Assembly (NCBI GenBank): GCA_038227875.1
Contig: JBBRPR010000015.1
Coordinates: 32,001 to 96,000, forward strand
Length of the DNA: 64,000 nt
Direction of reading: 5' to 3'
DNA from: Planctomycetota bacterium
GTDB taxonomy: Bacteria; Planctomycetota; SZUA-567; H5-PLA8
Shown here piece after piece: positions 20,035 through 29,491 of the stretch. Below the pieces are notes generated by a model that did not search any database, had not been told where the DNA came from, and worked only from the letters and a program-made list of their open reading frames with translations. The position numbers and the translations under genes were made by a program. How positions within the stretch are numbered: the stretch's first letter is position 1; each line of letters starts with the position of its first letter.

Positions 20035-21513
20035 ATGGCTCGATTCGATCTCCGGACCGCCTTCAAATTCAGCGTGATCGCCATTTTTGCATGTTTTACC
20101 TGTTGGACGCGCGCCGAAGACGCGGCGGTGGCGCCGCGGATCGTCGATGGCACGCCGCAGCCGGTTTCCGCGTTTCCGGCGGTGGGCGTGATTGAAGATG
20201 ACACGCATTCGTTCACCTGCACCGGCACGCTGATCGATCCGACTCACGTGCTCACGGCCGGACACTGCGCCACCGATGAAGCGACCGGCAAGCCTGTCGC
20301 CGATGGGGCGGGGCGCTTTACGATTGGCGGCACCACGTACAAGACCGCTCGCATTTTCGTTCATCCCAGCTACAGCGGCGCGGTGGTCGGCTCGGACAAT
20401 GTTTTCGACGTCGCCGTTTTTCAGCTCGAACGCGCTGTGCCCAACGTGACGCCTGTGCCGATCAACCGGACTCCGCCCACGGTTGGACAGACCGTGACGC
20501 TGGTCGGCTTTGGCCTCGTCGGCTCGGGCAAATCCGGCACGCTGAAAAAAGTGCCGCCGCCCGGCATCGTCTACAAGGGCACCAATACGATTCAGACCAT
20601 CACCAACAGCGAACTGATCTGGACCTTCACGCAAGGCACCAGCAGCAATGCGCCGGGCGATTCGGGCGGGCCGGCGTTCGTCGATGTCAACGGCACGATG
20701 GCGATCGCCGGCATTACGTCCCTGGGCGAAACGATCGGCGGAAACAAGATCCGCTTTGGCGCGAAGAACTTCGACACGCGCATCGACACGCTGGCGCCGT
20801 GGATCGACCGCATCCTCACCGGCACCTCGCTGGACGTGCCGCCGACGTTCGTTTCGCCGATCACGATTAATCCCAATCCGGCGACCGTGGGTGATTCCGT
20901 CCAATTCACCGCTGCCGCGACGGATCCGGACGACGCGAGCATTTTCTACCTCTGGAATTTTGGCGACGGCACCGCCTCGACCGGATCGACGGTGGCTCAT
21001 AACTACGTCTTTCCCGGCACGTACGCGGTCTCGGTCACGGCCAGCGATATTGTGACGGGCGTGACCTCCAATGCCAACGTGGTGGTGTTGCCGCAGAGCA
21101 CCGGCACGATCAGCGTCGACAAATTGCAGATCGGCGTCTCGTTCTCCGCCTCGAACAAGGATTCGGTCTCGCTGCAGGCGACGTTGCAGCCGCTTTCGAG
21201 CCTCACGGCGCTGCCGGCGGTCGGCGTGTTAAGCATCGGTGGCGCACAGATTCAATTCATGCTCGACCAGCGCGGGCAGGCCAAAATTCCCCTGGGCATC
21301 TTGAAGTTCAATTTGCTGAAGGGCACGTTCACCGCAAACCTGCGCAACACAAATCTATCGAGTCAGCTCGGCAGCACGGGCATCATCAACACCACCGTGA
21401 CTAATGCCAAAGTGACCGTGCCCATCGGATTGATTTTGAATGGCGTGGCATTTCAGGCGGACAAGTCGCTGCTCTATTCCGCCAAGGCCGACAAGAGCGG
21501 CAAAGCGAAGTGA
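20035..21513 (+). CDS. Secreted trypsin-like (S1) serine protease plus PKD plus conserved C-terminal domain
   Basis: PRIVDG activation site, CTGTLI, VLTAGHC, DVAV and GDSGGP; PKD motif WNFGDG. Start ATG 20035. Confidence 0.92.
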   Translation: MARFDLRTAFKFSVIAIFACFTCWTRAEDAAVAPRIVDGTPQPVSAFPAVGVIEDDTHSFTCTGTLIDPTHVLTAGHCATDEATGKPVADGAGRFTIGGTTYKTARIFVHPSYSGAVVGSDNVFDVAVFQLERAVPNVTPVPINRTPPTVGQTVTLVGFGLVGSGKSGTLKKVPPPGIVYKGTNTIQTITNSELIWTFTQGTSSNAPGDSGGPAFVDVNGTMAIAGITSLGETIGGNKIRFGAKNFDTRIDTLAPWIDRILTGTSLDVPPTFVSPITINPNPATVGDSVQFTAAATDPDDASIFYLWNFGDGTASTGSTVAHNYVFPGTYAVSVTASDIVTGVTSNANVVVLPQSTGTISVDKLQIGVSFSASNKDSVSLQATLQPLSSLTALPAVGVLSIGGAQIQFMLDQRGQAKIPLGILKFNLLKGTFTANLRNTNLSSQLGSTGIINTTVTNAKVTVPIGLILNGVAFQADKSLLYSAKADKSGKAK

Positions 21514-21586
21514 TTGCGGATTGCGGATTGCGGATTGCGGATTGCGGATTGCGGATTGCGGATTGCGGATTGCGGATTGCGGATTG
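21512..21586. repeat. Heptanucleotide microsatellite (GATTGCG)x10 plus a partial unit
   Basis: Perfect tandem array beginning within the protease stop codon, between convergent genes. Confidence 0.97.
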
Positions 21587-21751
21587 GATGTCGATGCGCC
21601 GCGGATCGAAAGCGCGCGCTGTGAGGCGCGAGATTCACGCGCAAGCGGATTGATTATTATAATTGAGAAGGTGCTCAGCCCGAATGCGGTGCGCTGAGCA
21701 GGGAGCAAGCAAACGGCCACTTGCTCCCTGACACACGTTCGGGTCTGTGCG

Positions 21752-23524
21752 TCAGTTGGCGCTTCCGGAAATTCCCTTCCGTACGGTGTAGTTCACGGTG
21801 CGTGTGGTCTGGTAGGTCGTGGCGTTGACGATCAGGGTGATCATCATCCCCAGTTGCTGATTCTTTACCGTCGCGTCGCTCGTGAATCCCGACGACGCCA
21901 GAGTGGCGGCTAAGTCAGCTTTGTTCAACTTTAGTGTGAAAGCGGTCGAACCGGCGTGCGGTTTGGCGACGGTAAGTTCGCGGCTGCGGCCCCGGGCGTC
22001 CAGCTGGATCGCCAGCGAAATGCCGCTGGCATTCACGATCACCGAGGTGCTCCGCAAGGGTGTTTCATTCGGCAATGTGCCGCGGAGCAGGAATTGATCG
22101 TGCTGCGCGCGCTGGAAGTCGAGCTTTAACTTCAACGCTTTAATTTTCAGCGGCTGGATCAGCGGCGGCGGCGGAAACGGATCGACCGAACTTCCCGTCC
22201 CCACGACCACGGAGACCCATGCGGTGGTGACCTTTCCGCGTTCGTCACTCACGACCAGCAGCACCGCGTACGTCCCGTCCGCTGCGAAGGCATGCGTGAC
22301 GGAACTTCCCGGCGCGGTCGTGCCGTCGCCGAAATTCCACAGATAGCTGATCGTGTCGCCTTCGGCGTCGAACGCCGCAGCTGTAAACACGACATCCTGC
22401 AACACGGCCGCGTTGGACGGCGTCGCCAGCGGCGCGGAAATCAGCGTGGGCGCGCTGTTCGCACCGGTGTACCAGAAGCGCAGGACCTTCGCGGCGAGTT
22501 TTCCGCGCGCGGTATAGTCTCGATCGTCGGAAGCCGGAACGGGCGCTTTCCAGCCCCACCAGAACATGCCTTTCAGCCACGGTTCCTGCGCGAAAACTTC
22601 GAACGCGGCTTCGTAGCAATTGGCCTGCTCCTGCTGATCGGGCACCGCCGTCGCCACGTTCACGTAATAGGGCGTGATGTTCGTCCCCTGCGCGCTCTGG
22701 TAGCCGATCTCGGTGAACATCACGGGCTGGTTGAGCGAGGCCTGCCAGGTCCGGTACGCGAGCACCATGTCCTGCCCGAAGAAATCGTGGCGCCACGCGG
22801 CGGTCAGTTCGGACACGGTCGGATCGTTTTTCGATGTCAGCGGGCAGTAGACGTCGAGGCCCGCGATGTCCAGCAGTGGCCAGAACGAACACGTCAGGTA
22901 CTCATCGCCGATTTGAAACGCATTCGCCGCGTAGGTCAGCGGACCGGTATAGACGGCACGGATGTTCTGAATAATGGTCGCCCAGCGTGCCGCGTTGGCT
23001 GAAGGGGTCATTGTTTTCAACTCGCAGCCAATGCAGAACAGGTCCACGTGCTGCGCCTGCGCCAGCGCCGCGAAATGCATGATGAACGTGTTGTAGCTGG
23101 CAAACCAGGCGTCGATATCCGCGGGCGCAATCGTGCCGCGAAAAGTTCCATCGTAGATGTCCACCTGCGGTTTGAGCATCACGCGCAGACCGCGGGCGTG
23201 CATGTCCGAAATGGCCTGCACCAACGCGGCGTCCGTGGGCGTGACGCCCGTGTCCACATGGATCGTCGAAGCCGTCTTCGAATCCATGAACCATGTCGAC
23301 AGCAGCGACGCCCAGTTCGCTCCGGTGGCGCGCAGATCGGTCAGCGAAGCTCCGGAATCCGGCAGTTGGTACTCGCTGGTCTGATACGAAATGTAGGCCA
23401 CGCCGCGGTACGTGAATGCCGTCGCGTCGGTCGCTGCGAAAATTGAACGCGACCCCGCCGCAAGACACGCGATGCCCGCTGCAATCAAAATCAGATTTTG
23501 CCATCGCAATCGCACGCCACTCAC
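21752..23524 (-). CDS. Secreted glycoside hydrolase family 113 (beta-mannanase-like) plus PKD plus conserved C-terminal domain
   Basis: GLRVMLKPQVD, WFASY, FCIGCEL, TYAAN, FTEIGY, DQQEQANCY and GMFWW; PKD motif WNFGDG. Confidence 0.88.
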   Translation of the reverse strand: MSGVRLRWQNLILIAAGIACLAAGSRSIFAATDATAFTYRGVAYISYQTSEYQLPDSGASLTDLRATGANWASLLSTWFMDSKTASTIHVDTGVTPTDAALVQAISDMHARGLRVMLKPQVDIYDGTFRGTIAPADIDAWFASYNTFIMHFAALAQAQHVDLFCIGCELKTMTPSANAARWATIIQNIRAVYTGPLTYAANAFQIGDEYLTCSFWPLLDIAGLDVYCPLTSKNDPTVSELTAAWRHDFFGQDMVLAYRTWQASLNQPVMFTEIGYQSAQGTNITPYYVNVATAVPDQQEQANCYEAAFEVFAQEPWLKGMFWWGWKAPVPASDDRDYTARGKLAAKVLRFWYTGANSAPTLISAPLATPSNAAVLQDVVFTAAAFDAEGDTISYLWNFGDGTTAPGSSVTHAFAADGTYAVLLVVSDERGKVTTAWVSVVVGTGSSVDPFPPPPLIQPLKIKALKLKLDFQRAQHDQFLLRGTLPNETPLRSTSVIVNASGISLAIQLDARGRSRELTVAKPHAGSTAFTLKLNKADLAATLASSGFTSDATVKNQQLGMMITLIVNATTYQTTRTVNYTVRKGISGSAN

Positions 23525-23788
23525 CTCGACACATCTCTTAAACTCAAGATGTACTAATTGTTGTGGTTTCTTCAGCGCACTTCAAGTTTTAGTGTGGAAT
23601 TCGGGTGAAATAGGTTAACGCGCGCCGTCGAAACCCGCTCAAAAATATTTTGTCGATTTCCTTGGTGAAACCGCGACCGTGCGGGTGTGGAGGGTTGAAG
23701 TGCAGCGTGCGGAGCGGAACGGATGCATTCAGTTGTCAATAGTGTAGACTGCCAGCACACACGCACCGCACCTTCGGGGCAGGGCCTG

Positions 23789-25183
23789 ATGACGAGCGAA
23801 CGCGATGACGCTGCCTTGCTACTGGCGATCTCAAAAAATCGCGACCGTGAGGCCTTCGCCGAACTCTATCGTCGGCACGCCCAAGCCGGTTTGAATCTCG
23901 CACTCTACATCACCAACAACCGGGAATCGGCCGAAGAGGCACTTCAAGAGGCGTTGCTGCGCGTCTGGCGCTCGGCGACCCCGGTGACCGGCAACGGACG
24001 CGCGTGGGTACTCCGCATCGTGGTGCACGAGGCACTCCGCGCCATTCGCAAGAATCGCAAAGGAAAAGCAGTGCAGGCAACCTATGCAGAACCGGCCGCG
24101 CCGCGTGTGGATGCGCAGATCGAGCACAGTGAATTGCTCGCTGGCCTCAACTCCGTGCTGGAGAAGCTGCCGCAACTGGAACGCAAACTGGTGGTGATGA
24201 GTTTCGCGGGAGGATTGTCGCAGGACGAGATCGCCGATTCGCTTTCCATGCCGCAGCAGACGGTCTCCTACAAGCTGGCGGAAGCGCTCAAGCAACTCAA
24301 GCGGTCGCTGACGGAGCTGGGTTTTGCGGCGGCATTGCCGCTGGTCTCCGCAGAGGGCATCGTCGAAGCGTTGTCGGCCAAACCGGCGGCTGCTCCGCCC
24401 TTGAATCTGGCACTGCTTGATCGCATTCAATCCGACGCCCGGAAATCGATGCGTCGCGCCACGACCAAGTCGGGAAAATCCGCAATCGTCTGGAGCACGG
24501 GCGTGTTCGCCGTGGCCATCGCCGCGAGTGGTCTGTGGTACGCCACGGCGAAGCAACCGACCGCAACCGTTGCTCCACCGCCTGTCAGTAAAGCACCGGC
24601 CGACGACGGATGGCGAAACGTGGCCGTGTCGCCGATCGTGAAATTTCATTCCGAGATTCCCGCCAACGATATTGCGCTGAAGGCAATTCCGGATGGCGAT
24701 GGTGAGTGGAAAGTTTCACAGAATGCAGGCGGGACGCAGATTGAACAGGTCAATCCGCGCGTGACCGGCGCGCAATATATCACCGTCGGTGAATTGGTTT
24801 CGGGCGCCTGCGAATGGAGTGCGGACGTCGAAGAACCCGCCGCAGGCATCGCGGGCTACATGGCCCTACTGCCGCCCGTTGAAAACAAAATTATCGGCCT
24901 GCACCTGGCCCAGAACGGAACCGCGCCCCTGCGTATTGTTTCCTGGCCGATTCACAAAGGGGTTCGCGTGGTCTCGATCCGGAAGCTTCAAGACAAACTT
25001 TCGGTGGGCATGCAAACGCTCGTGACGCCCGACGGCACCTTCAACATTGGATTCTTCACCAGCTCGACGCTGACCATTCGGAATCTCCGCTGGAGATCGC
25101 TGCCGAAAGATTGGAAGCCCGAACTGGACCCGGAACTCAAGAAGCTCGGGCCCGCCGTATTCAAAACGGAAGCAGAGCGCTAA
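23789..25183 (+). CDS. ECF sigma factor with a fused TM helix and extracytoplasmic domain
   Basis: DREAFAELYRRH, AEEALQEALLRVW and GLSQDEIADSLSMPQQTV; TM AIVWSTGVFAVAIAASGLWY; ~200-aa C-terminal domain. Confidence 0.88.
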   Translation: MTSERDDAALLLAISKNRDREAFAELYRRHAQAGLNLALYITNNRESAEEALQEALLRVWRSATPVTGNGRAWVLRIVVHEALRAIRKNRKGKAVQATYAEPAAPRVDAQIEHSELLAGLNSVLEKLPQLERKLVVMSFAGGLSQDEIADSLSMPQQTVSYKLAEALKQLKRSLTELGFAAALPLVSAEGIVEALSAKPAAAPPLNLALLDRIQSDARKSMRRATTKSGKSAIVWSTGVFAVAIAASGLWYATAKQPTATVAPPPVSKAPADDGWRNVAVSPIVKFHSEIPANDIALKAIPDGDGEWKVSQNAGGTQIEQVNPRVTGAQYITVGELVSGACEWSADVEEPAAGIAGYMALLPPVENKIIGLHLAQNGTAPLRIVSWPIHKGVRVVSIRKLQDKLSVGMQTLVTPDGTFNIGFFTSSTLTIRNLRWRSLPKDWKPELDPELKKLGPAVFKTEAER

Positions 25184-25294
25184 CCAGCAGATTTAAAGCT
25201 TTCAAACAGCAGCAGGCGATCCCGCAGAGCCGGGCGCGCAGGGTGGCGTGTTGCCCAACGACAATCGATGGCGTTTTGGAATGGAGCGCACCGC

Positions 25295-25606
25295 ATGAGT
25301 AACGCCGCCTCATCACGAGCTACTTTCGACACCACCGCGCGGCAATCCGCGCCGTGGAGCGTGGACCGCTGGGGCCGCTTGCTCTCCGGGACGTTGATCC
25401 TGACGTTCACGCTGCTGGGACTGTTCCATCATCCCGTCTGGCTCTACGTCACCGCCTGCGTTTCGGCCAGCCTGATCATGACGTCACTGACCGACCGCTG
25501 CCTGGTGCGGCGAGCGCTGCTGGCTCTGGGCGCCAAAGAACGTGAAGACTTGTTTCTCCCCGGTGGAGTGGTCCGCGGATCGAATGTGAAAGCTCTTCAG
25601 AAGTGA
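25295..25606 (+). CDS. DUF2892 / YgaP-like small membrane protein
   Basis: WSVDRWGRLLSG, two TM helices and SLTDRC. Confidence 0.8.
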   Translation: MSNAASSRATFDTTARQSAPWSVDRWGRLLSGTLILTFTLLGLFHHPVWLYVTACVSASLIMTSLTDRCLVRRALLALGAKEREDLFLPGGVVRGSNVKALQK

Positions 25607-25634
25607 ACAGGCCACGCTGAGAAAAGGAGCGACC

Positions 25635-26339
25635 ATGCCAGAACTCAACGCTGTGGACACCGAAGTTCCGCGCCTCGACGAGAGACGCGTGCGCAGGGCG
25701 TCGAATATTTCCAGCGCACTGAGCGCCGTCGCGATGAACGACGAGCTTCAGGCAGACCTGTCGGAGATCGACGTGCGTCCGATCTGCAGTGACGCGGAAC
25801 TCGACGCCGTCTACCGCCTCACCCACGACGCCTACGTTGAACGGGGTTACTGCGCGCCGCAACCGGACGGCCGCTTGATTCACTACCCGCACCTGGACCG
25901 CATTCCTGAAACGACCATATTGGTGGCGTGTTCAGCTGGAGAGGTCATCGGAACGATTTCCTGGACCCGCGACAACGCGAACGGACTTCACGTCGATTCC
26001 GATTTCAAGACCGAGTGCGATCTCATTCGCGAGGAAGGGCGGGGCCTCGCGGCGTCGTGGCGAATCGCCACAAAGAACACCTGCCGCGCCGAGCGACGGT
26101 GTGTCATGGCCTTGATTCAGGCCGCGGTCAATCTCTGGTTCGAGTCCCGCGTGCCGACCTGCGTCTTTACCTTCAACCCGCGTCACGAACGCATTTACCA
26201 GCGCATGCTGAACATGACCACCGTCGCGCGCAGCGCCGGGACGCACGGCCTGAACGCCGCGCCGGCCGTGCTGATGCGCGCGGAGATTGAGAATCTTCCC
26301 GAGCGATTCGCGCGGGGTCTCACGTCGGTGAAGGCGTGA
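25635..26339 (+). CDS. FeeM-like N-acyl amino acid synthase / GNAT-fold acyltransferase
   Basis: AVYRLTHDAYVERGY, VIGTIS, GLHVD, NPRHERIYQRML and APAVLM. Confidence 0.72.
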   Translation: MPELNAVDTEVPRLDERRVRRASNISSALSAVAMNDELQADLSEIDVRPICSDAELDAVYRLTHDAYVERGYCAPQPDGRLIHYPHLDRIPETTILVACSAGEVIGTISWTRDNANGLHVDSDFKTECDLIREEGRGLAASWRIATKNTCRAERRCVMALIQAAVNLWFESRVPTCVFTFNPRHERIYQRMLNMTTVARSAGTHGLNAAPAVLMRAEIENLPERFARGLTSVKA

Positions 26340-26351
26340 AACTTTTCGAAA

Positions 26352-29090
26352 TCAGCGGGCCATGCCGTTGCGCCCGGCTCGGGCCTTGTAGAGCAGTCCT
26401 TGAGAGGCCGAAAGTATCGAGCTGTTGAAGAGCACCTGGATCTTCAGGTTCACGGTGGTGGTCACGTCGTCGTTGACGAAACCCGCGGCGTTCAGCGATT
26501 TGACAAAATCGCCGCGGCTGAACTTCATCGTGAACTTCGCCGATTGCGCTGCGATCGAGCCTTGTTGTGCGCGCGCCTGTAACATGAATTGGCCCTTGGA
26601 GCCGATGCCCTTGCCGCGGGAGCTCAAGGTGAAGGAATCTTCCACGCCGCCGACATCCACGATCACTTTTTGACTGCCGAGTTGGATGTTGGCCGGCAGG
26701 TTAATCGTGCCCATCGCCATGATGCTGTCCGATCCACTGCGCAGGAAGTTCAGCTTGACCATCGCGCGCGTCACATTTAACGGCGTCGGTGCCGCGTTGG
26801 GATCGGTCACGGGACTGGAATTGGGATCATTCGGATTCGTTCCGGCGAGCAGTTCGATCGAATCGGAAACGCCGTCACCGTCGGAATCGTTCCCCGTGCC
26901 CAGCACCGGCGCTTTCACGGTAATGCTCGTGTTTGCACTGCTCGTGTCGCCGGCCGGATCGGAGACAGTCACTGTCGCGGTGTAGTCTCCGGCTGTGGCA
27001 TAGGAGTAGGTGACCGTCGGGCCCGAGCCGCTCCCGCCGTCTCCGAACGACCAGTCATAGGTGATCGACGGATCGCCCGTCGCCACCGCGGAGAACGTGA
27101 CCGTCTGTCCCTGGCTGGCGGGATTGGGCGTCGCGGTCGGCGGAGAAGTGAAGATCAACGTGCCCGGCCCGGCGGGAACCACCGTACCCAGGACCACGTA
27201 AGCCTGAGTCGCGTTGATCAACCCCGCGCCGGTGTAGGTGTCAGTGCCGCCCATCGGTTCACCTGGGTCCTCAGTAGGCGCCTGGGTGATGTCGGTTGCC
27301 GACGATTTAAACACGCCGAGCAATTGCGAGGGTGAGACGTGCGAGGCCTGCAGCAGCAGTGCGGCGACCGCCGCCGCGTTGGGCGCGGCGCAGGACGTGC
27401 CGGAGAAATTCGGGAAGCCGGAGTTGTCGGAATCGTTGCCGGTGCCGCCGGGGAACACCGTCGTGTCGATGTCATCGCACGCCGCGATGTCCGGCGTCTG
27501 GCGCATCACCACGCGCGGGTTGCCCTTGGTGTCGAAGTAATAGGGGACCGTACCGCCCTTGCTGGTGAAATTCTCCGGGATGGCTGGCTGTGCATAGTCG
27601 ATCGCGGCGACGCCGATGCAGGACGCTGCCGTGGGATGACCGTAGGAACTGATGGTGTTGCCGCCAACGGGATTGATCGTCGGCAGTGCTCCCGCGCCGT
27701 TGTCGTCGAAGACGATGCGCATGACGTTGCTGCCCGTTCCCGTGCTGCTGACGCGCGAGCCGGCGTGGTGATTGATCGCCAGGTACAGCGTCTTGGAATT
27801 GCTGGAGGTATTCTGGTAGTCGATCACTTCCATCGCATCGCCGGCGGGCGCGCCGACGGTGCCCTGGCGCTGTTCGCTCTTCATGATCACATTGGCGATG
27901 CTCGGGGCGCTGCAGAGATACAGATCGAGATCGCAATTCGATCCCGGTCCGAGATTGAAACTGCTCCACGGCTGATCCCATTGCAGGATCAGTGAAATCT
28001 GATCCTGGCCCGGAATGGCAATCGGTAAAAACGCACCGATGCCGTTGCCCCAGTCATGCAGACACGAACCACTTGGCGGAACGACGCCGTCGTCGCTCGT
28101 CACGCCGGGGTTGATGGGCTTGAATGTGGTCAGCACGCCCTGGTTGGCATCGTTGCCGAACGCGGAGAAGTGGGGGACACCCGCCACGCGATTGGCGGTG
28201 ATCGCCTGCGAGATGGGACCGTCCTGGAAGAAGGGTTCGTCTTCGAAGCCGATGTCATCGCAGGTGATCGTGCAGTGACCGGCGGTGCGCAGCAGGCCCA
28301 GGTTCATGCCCATCGCCGTCTGATCGTTGCCGCTCGACGCGAACGCCAGTGCCGCTCCCGGGGCGACATCGTGGATCACTTCCATCATGCCTTCGCCTTC
28401 GTCAGCTCCGCCGCCGGGTCCGAAGTCGACGACCTGAAACGAGGAGGGCAGATCGTGCGTGCCGCCGGGTCCGTTGGTCAGTTGCGGCTTGGTGCCGGTG
28501 ACGATCGCGTTGGGAGCGCTGCCGGTGACCGTGCCTTTGCCGACAGCGGTCGTATCCGTCACTGAATCGGAGACCACGCCGATGGTCTGGCCGGCGCCGG
28601 TCAGATTCTGCTGCGTGCGGAGCACATCCGACTTCATCACCGCGTCGCCTTGATTATTGGCGATGCCCTGTTGCCGCGCGCGCGGCCGGGGCTGCAGCTT
28701 GATCGACTTGATCACGCCCAGCGTGGAGAGCCCGTCGATCTGCGTCAACGTGGCGAGGACGCAGATGGTGTTCCACTGCGGAGCAGTGCTGGTGACCGTC
28801 GCGCCGGTGGCCTTGATCAGCGTCAGCAGATTTTCGGAGACTGGCGCATCGATCCGCACCGCGAACTGATTCACGTTGGCCGTGCTGCGCGAAACTGAGC
28901 GCGGGTGCGCGGCCTTGATGTCCGTGGCTGCCTGAGCATCGGTGGTGTTGTTGGCGTGCAAGGCGTCGAGCGCATCGAGCAGCCGCGCGTCGACTTTATG
29001 CGCGAGCGGGTGATCGGCCGCCAACGTCCCGGACATCGCGCAACTGAACAACAGACTTGAGATCAGAACGTTGAAAAACGTGCCTCGCAC
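26352..29090 (-). CDS. Secreted S8/S53-like subtilase plus PKD plus Ca-binding repeat plus conserved C-terminal domain
   Basis: IGVVSDS, DEGEGMMEVIHDVAPGA, SAFGN and FSGTSCAAP; PKD motif WSFGDG; DSDGDGVSDSIE..GTNP. Confidence 0.9.
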   Translation of the reverse strand: MRGTFFNVLISSLLFSCAMSGTLAADHPLAHKVDARLLDALDALHANNTTDAQAATDIKAAHPRSVSRSTANVNQFAVRIDAPVSENLLTLIKATGATVTSTAPQWNTICVLATLTQIDGLSTLGVIKSIKLQPRPRARQQGIANNQGDAVMKSDVLRTQQNLTGAGQTIGVVSDSVTDTTAVGKGTVTGSAPNAIVTGTKPQLTNGPGGTHDLPSSFQVVDFGPGGGADEGEGMMEVIHDVAPGAALAFASSGNDQTAMGMNLGLLRTAGHCTITCDDIGFEDEPFFQDGPISQAITANRVAGVPHFSAFGNDANQGVLTTFKPINPGVTSDDGVVPPSGSCLHDWGNGIGAFLPIAIPGQDQISLILQWDQPWSSFNLGPGSNCDLDLYLCSAPSIANVIMKSEQRQGTVGAPAGDAMEVIDYQNTSSNSKTLYLAINHHAGSRVSSTGTGSNVMRIVFDDNGAGALPTINPVGGNTISSYGHPTAASCIGVAAIDYAQPAIPENFTSKGGTVPYYFDTKGNPRVVMRQTPDIAACDDIDTTVFPGGTGNDSDNSGFPNFSGTSCAAPNAAAVAALLLQASHVSPSQLLGVFKSSATDITQAPTEDPGEPMGGTDTYTGAGLINATQAYVVLGTVVPAGPGTLIFTSPPTATPNPASQGQTVTFSAVATGDPSITYDWSFGDGGSGSGPTVTYSYATAGDYTATVTVSDPAGDTSSANTSITVKAPVLGTGNDSDGDGVSDSIELLAGTNPNDPNSSPVTDPNAAPTPLNVTRAMVKLNFLRSGSDSIMAMGTINLPANIQLGSQKVIVDVGGVEDSFTLSSRGKGIGSKGQFMLQARAQQGSIAAQSAKFTMKFSRGDFVKSLNAAGFVNDDVTTTVNLKIQVLFNSSILSASQGLLYKARAGRNGMAR

Positions 29091-29300
29091 GAGGGACCTC
29101 CCGGATGGCGTTCATGGGCATTCAATTCACCTAGTGATGGCAATGGTATGCCAGCGTTTACCAGATTCATGGGTTTCTTAACCATATATGTGAAAATAGA
29201 CTTATGCCCTCGTGCAGAGCCGTAAAGATTGCTGGAATTGAGCGAATTGGTGTCCAAAAAGTGGCGTCGAGATGGCGCTGCGTGGCGACCAGAACGGTGG

Positions 29301-29453
29301 GTGTCACGGAGCAAGCGGCTGTATGCTTGCTCCGTGCTTAGCGCGCGTCTTTCTAAAAAGTAAGCTTAGTTCGTTACACCATTCCAACCGCTTGCGCGAA
29401 AGTCTCGAGCGTTACAGCAAGGAGCAAGCATACAGCCGCTTGCTCCTTGGCAC
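29301..29453. repeat. REP-doublet / MITE-like element, copy 1
   Basis: Two inverted 38-bp arms (29301-29338, 29416-29453), each containing the hairpin GGAGCAAGC-N8-GCTTGCTCC. Confidence 0.85.
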
Positions 29454-29491
29454 ACACCCACGCCTTGCGAGATGGAAAATGAGGCGTTCGC

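Noticed and set aside
21103..21513. Identification of the shared C-terminal domain as a T9SS CTD, PEP-CTERM, LPXTG or autotransporter barrel
   Set aside because: It lacks the T9SS YPNP and GxY pattern within the terminal domain, has no TM plus basic tail, and has no terminal aromatic residue.
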